From a bacterium (GTDB lineage: Bacteria; Patescibacteriota; Patescibacteriia; UBA10025): DNA of 64,000 bases. The translations under genes were made by a program, and so were the position numbers. This document shows, piece after piece, positions 44,875-53,469 of this stretch; the first letter of the stretch is position 1, and each line of letters opens with the position of its first letter. Location of the stretch: the NCBI GenBank assembly GCA_021815445.1, contig JAKAGM010000001.1, positions 3,447-67,446 on the forward strand, in the 5' to 3' direction. Under the pieces are notes generated by a model. That model saw only the letters and a list, made by a program, of their open reading frames with translations. It had not been told where the DNA came from and did not search any database.

Positions 44875-45972
44875 GTGTCAAAGCACGAAGCCAGCACGCA
44901 AACAGTGTTCGATCCAATCGGCCAGCGCTATGAAGGCCTCGCCAGGCCGTCAGGACTTCGATACGGCATTATTGAGGTAACAACCCGGTGCCAACTCGCT
45001 TGCCCAGGATGCTACATGGTTCGACGTGGCGCGCTCAATCACGGCAGTTTGTCTTTTGACCAGGCGGTCGGCGTACTTGACCGGTGCTGCGAATATACTG
45101 GCCGAGAGCTCGAAACAATGGACATCCTCGGCGGCGAGCCGCTCCTGTGGCCGCCGCTCAAAGAATACATCGTCGAGCTACTCAATCGCGGCATCAAACC
45201 TTGGCTTTTTACCAACATGCTGACGATCACGCCGTCACTGGCCCGGTGGCTCTTTGAGCGGAAGGTGCATATCACCGGCAAGCTGAACGTGGATCCGTCT
45301 GATCCTGCTCAGCTCTCTGTCCAAGCGGCGATGATTGGCCGGAACGAGCGCGTAGCCCGCCGAATGGCCGCGGCAATTTCTGTTTGGCTTGGAGTCGGAT
45401 ATCGCAACCCATTATTCCGGCTCCAAAATCTGGTTCGTCAGGCAAACATCGGATTTGTGCCCGATTACTACCGCTGGTGCCTCGAACAAGGGATTGGGAC
45501 GGATCTTGAACTCATGGGTTCCGGCGAAACGGTAGGCGCGGAGTACTATGCGGTGGCGCCGACTCCGAAACAAGTCGCCCGCATGATAGAAGCGATCCAT
45601 GCGGTTCGGCGCGAGTACGGTTTGCCGGAAGCTGAAGTGCTGATGCCCCACGTCTTTGGATCCTGCCCTTTTTATGACAAGGGGCTCTACTTCGCCGCCG
45701 ACTGTTCAATCCGTGCCTGTTCCAACTCCACGGTCACGCTTGCACACTTAAGCGACCAGGATCCGATCCGGAAAGCCTATGAGTCGCCGCTCATCTGCCG
45801 CCGGCTCAGCCTGTGCCGTGAGGTGGTAGGAGAGCCATGCCGTTCGTGCGATCGGTGGGAACGGTGCCGCGGTGGCTGCCGGGCAACCGTGGAAGGGATG
45901 GGCGACCCGTACGGCGGATATACGCTTTGTCCGCTTCCTTACCTCGGCAATGGTAAGCCCAAAGTCGGCTAG
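44875..45972 (+). CDS. radical SAM enzyme with C-terminal SPASM domain
   Basis: CQLACPGC (CX3CX2C) and the C-terminal CRSCDRWERCRGGC (CX2CX5CX3C) plus additional Cys residues. GTG at 44875 follows GGAGGTG. Alternative in-frame ATG starts exist at 44731 and 44737. Confidence 0.8.
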   Translation: MSKHEASTQTVFDPIGQRYEGLARPSGLRYGIIEVTTRCQLACPGCYMVRRGALNHGSLSFDQAVGVLDRCCEYTGRELETMDILGGEPLLWPPLKEYIVELLNRGIKPWLFTNMLTITPSLARWLFERKVHITGKLNVDPSDPAQLSVQAAMIGRNERVARRMAAAISVWLGVGYRNPLFRLQNLVRQANIGFVPDYYRWCLEQGIGTDLELMGSGETVGAEYYAVAPTPKQVARMIEAIHAVRREYGLPEAEVLMPHVFGSCPFYDKGLYFAADCSIRACSNSTVTLAHLSDQDPIRKAYESPLICRRLSLCREVVGEPCRSCDRWERCRGGCRATVEGMGDPYGGYTLCPLPYLGNGKPKVG

Positions 45973-46045
45973 GCAGCACGCAATAGTAGCGGGGGGCTGG
46001 AATAATGAACTTCTAAAGTTCCGGCCCCCCTATTTTCTCTCGACT

Positions 46046-46588
46046 ATGCGTCAAAAAATTATTACAACAGCTCAAAAGAAATTACTAGAGCTTAACCGCC
46101 GATACAACGGGTTCATGGCAGTCATCCTTGATAACTGGCGCGGTTATCGTTTTATTTACGACACTGTCGATGTTCGACGATGCCAGAATAATTGCACGCA
46201 GTGTCCGCTTTTCCGATTGTTAGCAAATGAAAAAGACGGCGCTTTTACAGCTCGCCTTCTCCGGGCGTCGCCTGCCGACCGCAGACTGTTCGGTCCCCAA
46301 AAGTATCTCAATTGTAAAACAATTTCGCAGTACCGAATGTGTTATAAGAATTTTATTGCTCAAAAAATAGCAACGCAAAAAGAATTGACGGCCGAATTAC
46401 GGCTTGTTCAAGGACTCAGGGTGCTCTACGCCAAAGAGCGAGATCCCTTGCTTGTCGAACAAGAGATAAAAAGGAATATTATCAACTTTTCTGCTCGATG
46501 GTCGCCACTCTCAGCAGCAGCCGGCAAGAGCCGGCGCAAATCATTTGACAGCTTGTTGAAAAAGGATTACACTTTATCCACATTATGA
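46046..46588 (+). CDS. hypothetical protein (180 aa), unknown family
   Basis: ORF refined to the ATG at 46046. It follows a GGGGGGCTGG...CCGGCCCCCC hairpin (45991-46030). CQNNCTQC motif. Confidence 0.5.
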   Translation: MRQKIITTAQKKLLELNRRYNGFMAVILDNWRGYRFIYDTVDVRRCQNNCTQCPLFRLLANEKDGAFTARLLRASPADRRLFGPQKYLNCKTISQYRMCYKNFIAQKIATQKELTAELRLVQGLRVLYAKERDPLLVEQEIKRNIINFSARWSPLSAAAGKSRRKSFDSLLKKDYTLSTL

Positions 46589-46689
46589 ATCTAACTTCAC
46601 TCCAACAGAAAAACCTGAAGATGTTCCGCTGGAACTTTCGTCACTATGGCGGCAGGGTTTCTTTACTGTTTGGAGTAGATATGGCGTAA
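46585..46689 (+). CDS. candidate small ORF (34 aa), possible modified-peptide precursor
   Basis: Its ATG overlaps the upstream stop (ATGA). The peptide is MNLTSLQQKNLKMFRWNFRHYGGRVSLLFGVDMA. An intrinsic terminator lies 30 nt downstream. It is absent from the ORF track because it is shorter than 60 aa. Confidence 0.35.
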   Translation: MNLTSLQQKNLKMFRWNFRHYGGRVSLLFGVDMA

Positions 46690-46719
46690 TAACGAATTCC
46701 AAAATATTCCACAGAAAGA

Positions 46720-46747
46720 AACCTCAAGCTGCCGCTCGAGGTTTTTT
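46720..46747 (+). terminator. intrinsic terminator closing the radical-SAM operon
   Basis: aacctcaag-ctgccg-ctcgaggtt stem followed by a T6 run. Confidence 0.65.
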
Positions 46748-46772
46748 GGTAAATAATTAATTTTAAGAAAGT

Positions 46773-47663
46773 ATGAACACACGCACGATTTTCATCGGAA
46801 CTATCGGCACATTCCGCGTCGAGATCCCGGTTATAGAAATAGGCTCAGGAGAGCCGAAAGGTTTGATTGTGGCCGTTCAACACGGGGGTGAGCTAAGCCC
46901 GTTATGGATTATCAAAGAACTTATCAACGCTCCCCCACGTTCGGGCGCCATGACGCTAATTCCCGTAGCAAATCCATTCGGATTCGTGTTTGGGGAGCGA
47001 AATGAGGTCATCGAACAGAAAGATCCGAACCGCCAATATCCGGGGAGGGCAAGCGGTGATTTCTCAGCCAGGATCGCGGATAAAATTTTTTCCCTGGCAA
47101 AGGAGGCTGACTTCGTTGTCGACCTGCACACGTTTACGCGCCAAGCTCCATTCCTTGTCGGCTATGAACGGGGCGGGATATCAGACGGTAACGATGTGGA
47201 AAAACTCATCCAACTGCTAGGGCCGGATGTCGTATGGACGGTTGATGAAAAGCAAGGAGAGGATAGGCGGTTTGCCGGAAGTTTTGACGGCGCTCTGGGG
47301 CGGGAGGGCGTCCCGTCGGTATTCATTGAAATGCCGAACTACCAGATGATTTCACAGGATCTCATTGTCCGTATCGCTTCCGGTATCAGAAACGTATTCG
47401 AAGGGTACTCGTCGCCTTTTCAAAAAGGGAAGGAGATCAAAAGGTTCTCGGCAAAGTATCTGTACGCGGATGATGCTGGGATCTTTGATCCGACGGTGAA
47501 ACCGCTTGAAACAGTTGTTGCGGGACAGGAGATTGGCACGCTTTATCTTCTGCCAAATTTCAAAAAGCAAAAGGTGATCACGCCCATCGGAGGGACGGTA
47601 CTCACGGTAAAAGGAAAGGATGTGATAAGGACAGGGACAAAACTTGCCAGTATCGGAGTGTAA
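46773..47663 (+). CDS. succinylglutamate desuccinylase/aspartoacylase (AstE/AspA) family Zn-hydrolase
   Basis: VQHGGE (H..E metal site), NRQYPG, VVDLHT, and a C-terminal hybrid-barrel-like tail. Confidence 0.7.
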   Translation: MNTRTIFIGTIGTFRVEIPVIEIGSGEPKGLIVAVQHGGELSPLWIIKELINAPPRSGAMTLIPVANPFGFVFGERNEVIEQKDPNRQYPGRASGDFSARIADKIFSLAKEADFVVDLHTFTRQAPFLVGYERGGISDGNDVEKLIQLLGPDVVWTVDEKQGEDRRFAGSFDGALGREGVPSVFIEMPNYQMISQDLIVRIASGIRNVFEGYSSPFQKGKEIKRFSAKYLYADDAGIFDPTVKPLETVVAGQEIGTLYLLPNFKKQKVITPIGGTVLTVKGKDVIRTGTKLASIGV

Positions 47664-47720
47664 ACCGCACGAAACAGAAAACAACAGAGAACGTTCACAA
47701 TTCACGAAAGGGGAGTGGTC

Positions 47721-49097
47721 ATGAGACCAACTCAAGAGCTGTTCAGCGATTTGCTGGCACAGGGATGCTCGTTTCGGTATCAGCCCGAGCGTTTCTGCGA
47801 ACTCGAAGGCGGAGGGCATCCGTATCCTTCACTCACACGTACAGTTTCCACACCTTCCGGCGACATGATCGAGGAGCTTATCCAGCCGGTGCTGCAACCG
47901 ATTGTCCTCGACCAACGTCTTGTCGCCAATGTACGGAAAGCTTCGGCGGCGTGGCCAACGTTTCTCGGGGTCCAACTCGAGCTTTTCCGCGCGGCGCAAA
48001 AAGGCGAGCTCAGCGGATCGGACGTCGCACTCATTAGGGGTATGTGCACCGAGCGGGAATGGAAGTGCGGACTCGTAGAGCCCGGCTACCGGACGATTCA
48101 CCCGTTTATCCGCCTGGACGCCGTGTTGACCGATGACGGTTTTAAAGTCATCGATATCAATTCGACGCGTCCGGCCGGCGTAGGGGACCTGCTCGGTTTC
48201 CACGTGGCGATGAACGGCAGTGATGGTTCGGGCATCAAACCGTTTCCCATCGGGTGCTCATTCAGCCGCATCGTGTCTTCGTGCGTGGGCGACTGGGCCT
48301 CGGCAAAACATCTGCCGGGCGAGTCGATTCCCGTTGATATTGTCGTGCGGCACACGGACGGTGACTGGAACAATTTCCGGAACCTGAGCCGCCAGCTGGC
48401 ACGTTCAGGCCTGAATACCCGGCTCATCGAACCAGATGAACTGAGGAGCGGAGAGCCAAGCGCCATTGTGCGGGGTCGCATCAAGGAAGGCGACCCGGCG
48501 TATGCCATCTTGCAGCAGGGTTACCCGAATGAGCGCTGCGTGATGTCTCCGCTCTATCGCCGTTTCCTCGGAAACAAAGTGTGGATGTATCTTTTCCGGA
48601 TTCCGCCGTTCTCCGAGCATTTCAAGCGGGTAATGGGCGAGGCATACCAGCTTTTTGACCGTCTGTTCCCGCCCATAGGGCTCTTTTCCGGCACCTCCGT
48701 TCGTTTCCCGGAAGGCTTCCTGGATATCGCGAAACTCGATCGGCAAGAATGGGTCCTCAAAGATCCGGCGAGCTCGTCAGGGCGCAGGATGTATCTCGGG
48801 TACCTGATGGGAAAGAAAAAATGGGCCGATGCGCTTGCGCAGATGCAGGACGGCTGGATCGTGCAGCGTTTCTACCGCGCGACCGAAAAACTTGCAGTTG
48901 CCGGTCCGTGTGGCGAGCCGATTGAAGAATCGCTCTTCACGAAGTACGGCATCTACATTTTCGGTTCGGAGCTTGCCGGACTGGAATTCAACGCCCGGAA
49001 AATGCCCGTTGTCCATGGTGCGCGGAATACATACTGCAACGCCGTGTACGAAACCGCAGGCCCCTCATCGTGCGCAGGAGAATTGGGGGCTCAATGA
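47721..49097 (+). CDS. glutathionylspermidine-synthase-like ATP-grasp amidoligase
   Basis: ATG lies 6 nt after GGGGAG. FKVIDINSTRPAGVGD, LGNKVWMYLF (compare LSNKAILPLLW in the GSP-synthase family), and EWVLKDPASSSGRRMYLG. Confidence 0.6.
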   Translation: MRPTQELFSDLLAQGCSFRYQPERFCELEGGGHPYPSLTRTVSTPSGDMIEELIQPVLQPIVLDQRLVANVRKASAAWPTFLGVQLELFRAAQKGELSGSDVALIRGMCTEREWKCGLVEPGYRTIHPFIRLDAVLTDDGFKVIDINSTRPAGVGDLLGFHVAMNGSDGSGIKPFPIGCSFSRIVSSCVGDWASAKHLPGESIPVDIVVRHTDGDWNNFRNLSRQLARSGLNTRLIEPDELRSGEPSAIVRGRIKEGDPAYAILQQGYPNERCVMSPLYRRFLGNKVWMYLFRIPPFSEHFKRVMGEAYQLFDRLFPPIGLFSGTSVRFPEGFLDIAKLDRQEWVLKDPASSSGRRMYLGYLMGKKKWADALAQMQDGWIVQRFYRATEKLAVAGPCGEPIEESLFTKYGIYIFGSELAGLEFNARKMPVVHGARNTYCNAVYETAGPSSCAGELGAQ

Positions 49098-49483
49098 TCC
49101 CCATGGTCAGCAAGTATTGGCTTGTCCGCGTTTGGGATATTAAAGATGTCCTGAGCGACTACGGGTTGACACCTGAGCAGACTGCGACTGTATGCGGTAC
49201 TATCGTGAACAACACGTGCATCCGCTTTACAATACAGTCGCAGTATCAGTGCGGAGTTGGCGAACCTCACGTAGTACCTTTTACCGGCGAGTACGTGGGT
49301 GTGTTTCCCGCCTTGATCCGATCGTCGCTCCTCGAGCACCATGTCATCCTCCGGCGATACAGGAGAATGATATTCCGACTCTGGAATCGGAAAGTCGCTA
49401 CTATGTATCTCGGGACGCTGGTGTGCGCGGAGCACTTTACGTACGTTAAGTCTATTCCCCTGGACTATTGGGGACCATGGTAA
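49094..49483 (+). CDS. hypothetical protein (129 aa) translationally coupled to the ATP-grasp gene
   Basis: ATGA overlap with the upstream stop. No recognisable motif. Confidence 0.45.
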   Translation: MIPMVSKYWLVRVWDIKDVLSDYGLTPEQTATVCGTIVNNTCIRFTIQSQYQCGVGEPHVVPFTGEYVGVFPALIRSSLLEHHVILRRYRRMIFRLWNRKVATMYLGTLVCAEHFTYVKSIPLDYWGPW

Positions 49484-49600
49484 CGCAAAGCAGAGTGGCA
49501 GTGGAACCTGATCGAAAGATTTGGGTCTGTAAGATCAGTAGGTTCCTCTGCACACTCTGCAGAATGCAGGCTAGGCGATCCGTCTCGGATTGTCAAGCCG

Positions 49601-49637
49601 ACAGGCAGAGCTTTTTTGAGCTATCTGCCTGTTTTTC
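49601..49637 (+). terminator. intrinsic terminator
   Basis: acaggcaga...tctgcctgt perfect 9-bp stem followed by a T5 run. Confidence 0.6.
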
Positions 49638-49666
49638 TTGACAACTTTTTACACGCAGTATACAGT
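49638..49666 (+). promoter_or_regulatory. sigma70-type promoter of the argS leader (TTGACA-17 nt-TACAGT)
   Basis: TTGACA at 49638-49643 and TACAGT at 49661-49666. Confidence 0.55.
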
Positions 49667-49683
49667 GCTCACAAACGCAGATT

Positions 49684-49740
49684 CCCCCCGTAGTGCAGTC
49701 TGGTAGCACGCTCGGTTCGGGACCGAGAAGTCGCTAGTTC
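49684..49740 (+). pseudogene. tRNA-Pro(CGG)-like 5' fragment inside the argS leader
   Basis: CCCCCCG-TA-GTGC-AGTCTGGTA-GCAC-G-CTCGG-TTCGGGA-CCGAG-AAGTC-GCTAG-TTC has canonical D and anticodon arms, but the sequence diverges inside the T-loop. I found no 3' acceptor strand. Confidence 0.55.
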
Positions 49741-49883
49741 TCCGCCACCTAAATATCCAAAGAGGCGGATCCGCCTCTGGCGGAAAATCCGGCTGGTGGC
49801 CCTCACTTTTTTCCCAATGATCGTTGCAGGACGGTCTTTTTTTCTTACCTCTTTCTCGATTCCTTGATATACTGTACACATCT

Positions 49884-51536
49884 ATGACGCTCAAAGGATT
49901 GATAGCGAGACAACTCACCAAAGATATTCTGGCGCTCTGGCCGGATGCTCGAGAAGCCCTCGAACAGGGTTCCTTTGTTGTTGATATCAGCTATCCGCCC
50001 GATTCGAAGTTCGGCCACTATACCACGAACATTGCCCTCCGGCTTAGCGCTGTTGCTAAAATGGCTCCCCAGGAGACTGCAAAAAAGATTGCTGATCGCT
50101 TCTCGCTTCCCGCTGTGCAAAAAACCGAGGTGGCGGGCCCCGGCTTCGTGAACTTTTTCCTCAAAGAATCCTGGCTTTCACGCCAGCCGGAAAAGATTAT
50201 CAAGGAAAAGAAAGCATTCGGTAAAAGCGTGCTCGGCAAAGGCCAGCGCGTTGACGTCGAGTTCATCTCAGCCAACCCCACGGGTCCGCTGACGCTCGGC
50301 AATGGCAGGGGAGCATTCATGGGCGATACATTGGCAAACGTTCTCTCGGCCGCAGGATATGTCGTGAAGCGGGATTATTATGTCAACGACATGGGCAACC
50401 AGGTCAATATCCTCGCAGAATCAGTCCTGCGCAGGTATTGGATTTCTCAGGGCATCCGCATGGAATATCCCGCATACTGTTATCAGGGGGAGTACATCGA
50501 CGATATAGCAAAAAGCCTCTACCTCCCAAATTACAATCTGGGGAAAACGTCGCTTTCCGACATTCGGGACAAGATCAAGGGGAGAATCCTCAAGCGAATG
50601 CTTGGCGGTATCCAACGTTTTGTCACGAAGCGGCTCGGGATCAAGTTCGATATGTGGTTTTCTGAACGGAGCCTCTATGTCTCGGGAAAAATGGACAAGA
50701 TGCTCGACACGCTCCGCTCGCTCGACCTCATTTTTGAGAAGGAAGATGCGATCTGGTTCCGTACGACTCAGTTCGGCGACGACAAAGACCGCGTATTGAT
50801 CCGCGCTAACAGCGAACCGACATATTTTCTCCCAGACATTGCCTACCATCACGATAAGTTCACCCGGAGGAAATTCAACAGAGTGATTAACTTCCTCGGC
50901 GCCGACCACGCGGGGTACGCGCCGAGACTGCAGGCGGCTATGAAGGCGCTCGGGCACGGCGGCAAGCTGGATATTATCGTATTCCAGCTCGTGAAGCTTA
51001 TCTCCGGCGGCAAGGAGGTCCGCATGTCGAAACGCAAAGGCATGTTTGTCACTTTCGAGGAGCTTATCGACGATGTGGGGCCTGATGCGGCGCGATACTT
51101 TTTCCTCATGCACGCGCCGAACACGCACATGGACTTCGATCTTGATTTAGCCAAGAAAAAAACGCAGGATAATCCCGTGTATTACGTCCAGTATGCTCAC
51201 GCGCGTATTTGTAGTATACTCAGGAATGCGAAAGGACTGCCGGTACTTCAAAAAGCAACGGTGGAAAGCAGCGTCCACCCAAGCCAGTTCAATCTGATGG
51301 TCAAACTTGCCCAGTGGCCTGAGATAGTCGAAGATATCGCCCAGACCTATGCGATGCACCAGCTGCCCACGTACGCGTATGAGCTTGCAACCCTTTTCCA
51401 TGAGTTTTATACTCATGTACGCGTGATTGACCAGGGTGCTGTAGCGAAAATGCCTTTTGAGCTTATCCAAGCAGCAAAAATCGTGCTCGCCAACGTGCTT
51501 ACCATGATGGGCATTTCAGCGCCTGAAAAAATGTAA
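49884..51536 (+). CDS. argS: arginine--tRNA ligase
   Basis: Start refined to the ATG at 49884. SANPTGPLTLGNGRG (HIGH region) and MSKRKG (KMSK). Confidence 0.93.
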   Translation: MTLKGLIARQLTKDILALWPDAREALEQGSFVVDISYPPDSKFGHYTTNIALRLSAVAKMAPQETAKKIADRFSLPAVQKTEVAGPGFVNFFLKESWLSRQPEKIIKEKKAFGKSVLGKGQRVDVEFISANPTGPLTLGNGRGAFMGDTLANVLSAAGYVVKRDYYVNDMGNQVNILAESVLRRYWISQGIRMEYPAYCYQGEYIDDIAKSLYLPNYNLGKTSLSDIRDKIKGRILKRMLGGIQRFVTKRLGIKFDMWFSERSLYVSGKMDKMLDTLRSLDLIFEKEDAIWFRTTQFGDDKDRVLIRANSEPTYFLPDIAYHHDKFTRRKFNRVINFLGADHAGYAPRLQAAMKALGHGGKLDIIVFQLVKLISGGKEVRMSKRKGMFVTFEELIDDVGPDAARYFFLMHAPNTHMDFDLDLAKKKTQDNPVYYVQYAHARICSILRNAKGLPVLQKATVESSVHPSQFNLMVKLAQWPEIVEDIAQTYAMHQLPTYAYELATLFHEFYTHVRVIDQGAVAKMPFELIQAAKIVLANVLTMMGISAPEKM

Positions 51537-51611
51537 ATAATCTGTAGGTGCAGAGCTTGCTCTGCGAGATGGCATTCAGGCGAGCAAGCTCGCCACCTAC
51601 GCGCCTATACT

Positions 51612-52751
51612 ATGAAAATAGGTATCGACAGCCGAACAATTCTGAATCCCGCATCCGGCGAGCGCGCCGGGGTGGGGCATTATACCTATTATTTAGTTAA
51701 AAACCTCCTCAAGATAGACACAAAGAACCAGTACGTGTTGTTTTTTGACTATCGCACGCAAAACACGAATGAGTTTCGCCAGAAGAACGTAATCATCCGC
51801 CACTTCCCGTTTTCGCAATACAAGTCATTCCTGCCTTTTGCGTATTCACACATGCTCATCTCAGCGTATCTGGTGAAATTCGGACTCGACGTGTACCATT
51901 CGCCGATCACCGCCTTGCCGCTGACCTATCCCCGGAAATCAGTCGTCACTGTCCACGACCTCGCTATTTACAAGAACCCGGGCTGGTTTCCTTCGCAGAT
52001 TTTTTCCACGAGACTCCTTGTCCCGCAGGCTTTGCGTAGCGCCGATAAGATTATCGCCGTGTCGGAGAGCACAAAAAAAGATCTCAAAGAACTCTTTAAC
52101 GTTTCAGACAAGAAAATCAGCGTGATATACGAGGGCGTCCGCGTCGAAAAGATACGCTTAAAGAAGCAGAAAGAAAACATTGCCAGGTTTAAGCTGGGCC
52201 CCAAGTTTATCCTTTTTATCGGCACGCTCGAACCGCGAAAAAATCTCGTGACACTTGTGCGTGCGTATAAGAAGCTCCTCACTTGGCACAAAGAATTTGT
52301 CAGGTACCCGCTGGTCATCGCCGGTCATCCCGCGTATAAATCGGAAGAGGTGTACGACGAAGTGAAGGAACTAAAGCTCGGCAAGCTCGTCAAGTTCATT
52401 GGATATATTACGCACAATGAGAAAGTAGACCTCCTCAAAGCGTGTTCCTGTTTCATTAATCCCTCAAGTTATGAGGGATTCGGACTGACGCTGGTCGAGG
52501 CAATGGCGCTGGGAGCTCCCGTCATCACGAGCGGCATTTCCTCAATGCCCGAGATTGTCGGCAAGGCCGGCGTGCTAATTGACCCTGAAAAAGAATACGA
52601 GATTGCCGCGGCGATGAAAGAAGTTCTTTCGAACACCCGTCTGCGGAGCAAGCTCAAAAAGCTCGGCATCGAGCAGGCGGCAAAGTTCTCTTGGGAAAAA
52701 TGCGCACGCCAGACACTCGCCGTCTACAAGGACGCGGGGAAGAAAAAGTAA
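51612..52751 (+). CDS. glycosyltransferase family 4 (GT-B, group 1)
   Basis: EGFGLTLVEAMALGAPVITS motif in a 379-aa protein. Confidence 0.85.
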   Translation: MKIGIDSRTILNPASGERAGVGHYTYYLVKNLLKIDTKNQYVLFFDYRTQNTNEFRQKNVIIRHFPFSQYKSFLPFAYSHMLISAYLVKFGLDVYHSPITALPLTYPRKSVVTVHDLAIYKNPGWFPSQIFSTRLLVPQALRSADKIIAVSESTKKDLKELFNVSDKKISVIYEGVRVEKIRLKKQKENIARFKLGPKFILFIGTLEPRKNLVTLVRAYKKLLTWHKEFVRYPLVIAGHPAYKSEEVYDEVKELKLGKLVKFIGYITHNEKVDLLKACSCFINPSSYEGFGLTLVEAMALGAPVITSGISSMPEIVGKAGVLIDPEKEYEIAAAMKEVLSNTRLRSKLKKLGIEQAAKFSWEKCARQTLAVYKDAGKKK

Positions 52752-52847
52752 CTGGAATTGCGCAGGCGTGATGTTTAGTCCATTGTTCAAAAACTATGGG
52801 GTTAGTTTGGTATGGTATACTAGAAATAAGAGGATAAAAAACTTCCT

Positions 52848-53468
52848 ATGAGCGCCGACCAACTCAGGTCAACGTACAACACCATCGCAGCCGACTACCA
52901 CAAGGAACACATCACAGATGCCTGGAACAATGATTACATCGTGCTTTTTTGCTCGTTATTACCCGCAGGTGCGCATGTCCTTGACCTAGGGTGCGGGCCG
53001 GGCACTGACACGAGTACATTGGTGAATGCAGGGTTCAAGCTGGACGGATTTGACCTTTCAGATGAACTCTTAGCTATTGCGAGAACAAAAAATCCCTCCG
53101 TGGCATTTACACAGGGAGACATGCGCAAACTACCCTATACGCCAGGTATGTTTGATGGTGTTTTTGCTAAAGCATCGCTCCTCCATATCCCAAAGAAAGA
53201 ACTTCCTGCAGTCCTCCAAGAAATTTGGAGAGTCCTGAAGCCAGGTGGAATAGTGCAGATCTCGGTAAAGAAAGGAGAAGGGGAAAGCGAGCTCACCGAA
53301 GACGACTACGGGTATTCCTACACACGTTTTTTTGCCTACTGGACGAGTGAAGAAATGCGGTCAGCATTGAATCTTGCGGGGTTCAGCGTCGAACATGGCA
53401 CGGAGACTCCGATACCAGGCAAAAAGACTGTCTGGATCAAGCTGGTTGCTAGGAAAAAAGCGGGATAA
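52848..53468 (+). CDS. class I SAM-dependent methyltransferase
   Basis: VLDLGCGPGTDT (motif I) and LKPGGIV. Confidence 0.8.
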   Translation: MSADQLRSTYNTIAADYHKEHITDAWNNDYIVLFCSLLPAGAHVLDLGCGPGTDTSTLVNAGFKLDGFDLSDELLAIARTKNPSVAFTQGDMRKLPYTPGMFDGVFAKASLLHIPKKELPAVLQEIWRVLKPGGIVQISVKKGEGESELTEDDYGYSYTRFFAYWTSEEMRSALNLAGFSVEHGTETPIPGKKTVWIKLVARKKAG

Positions 53469-53469
53469 C

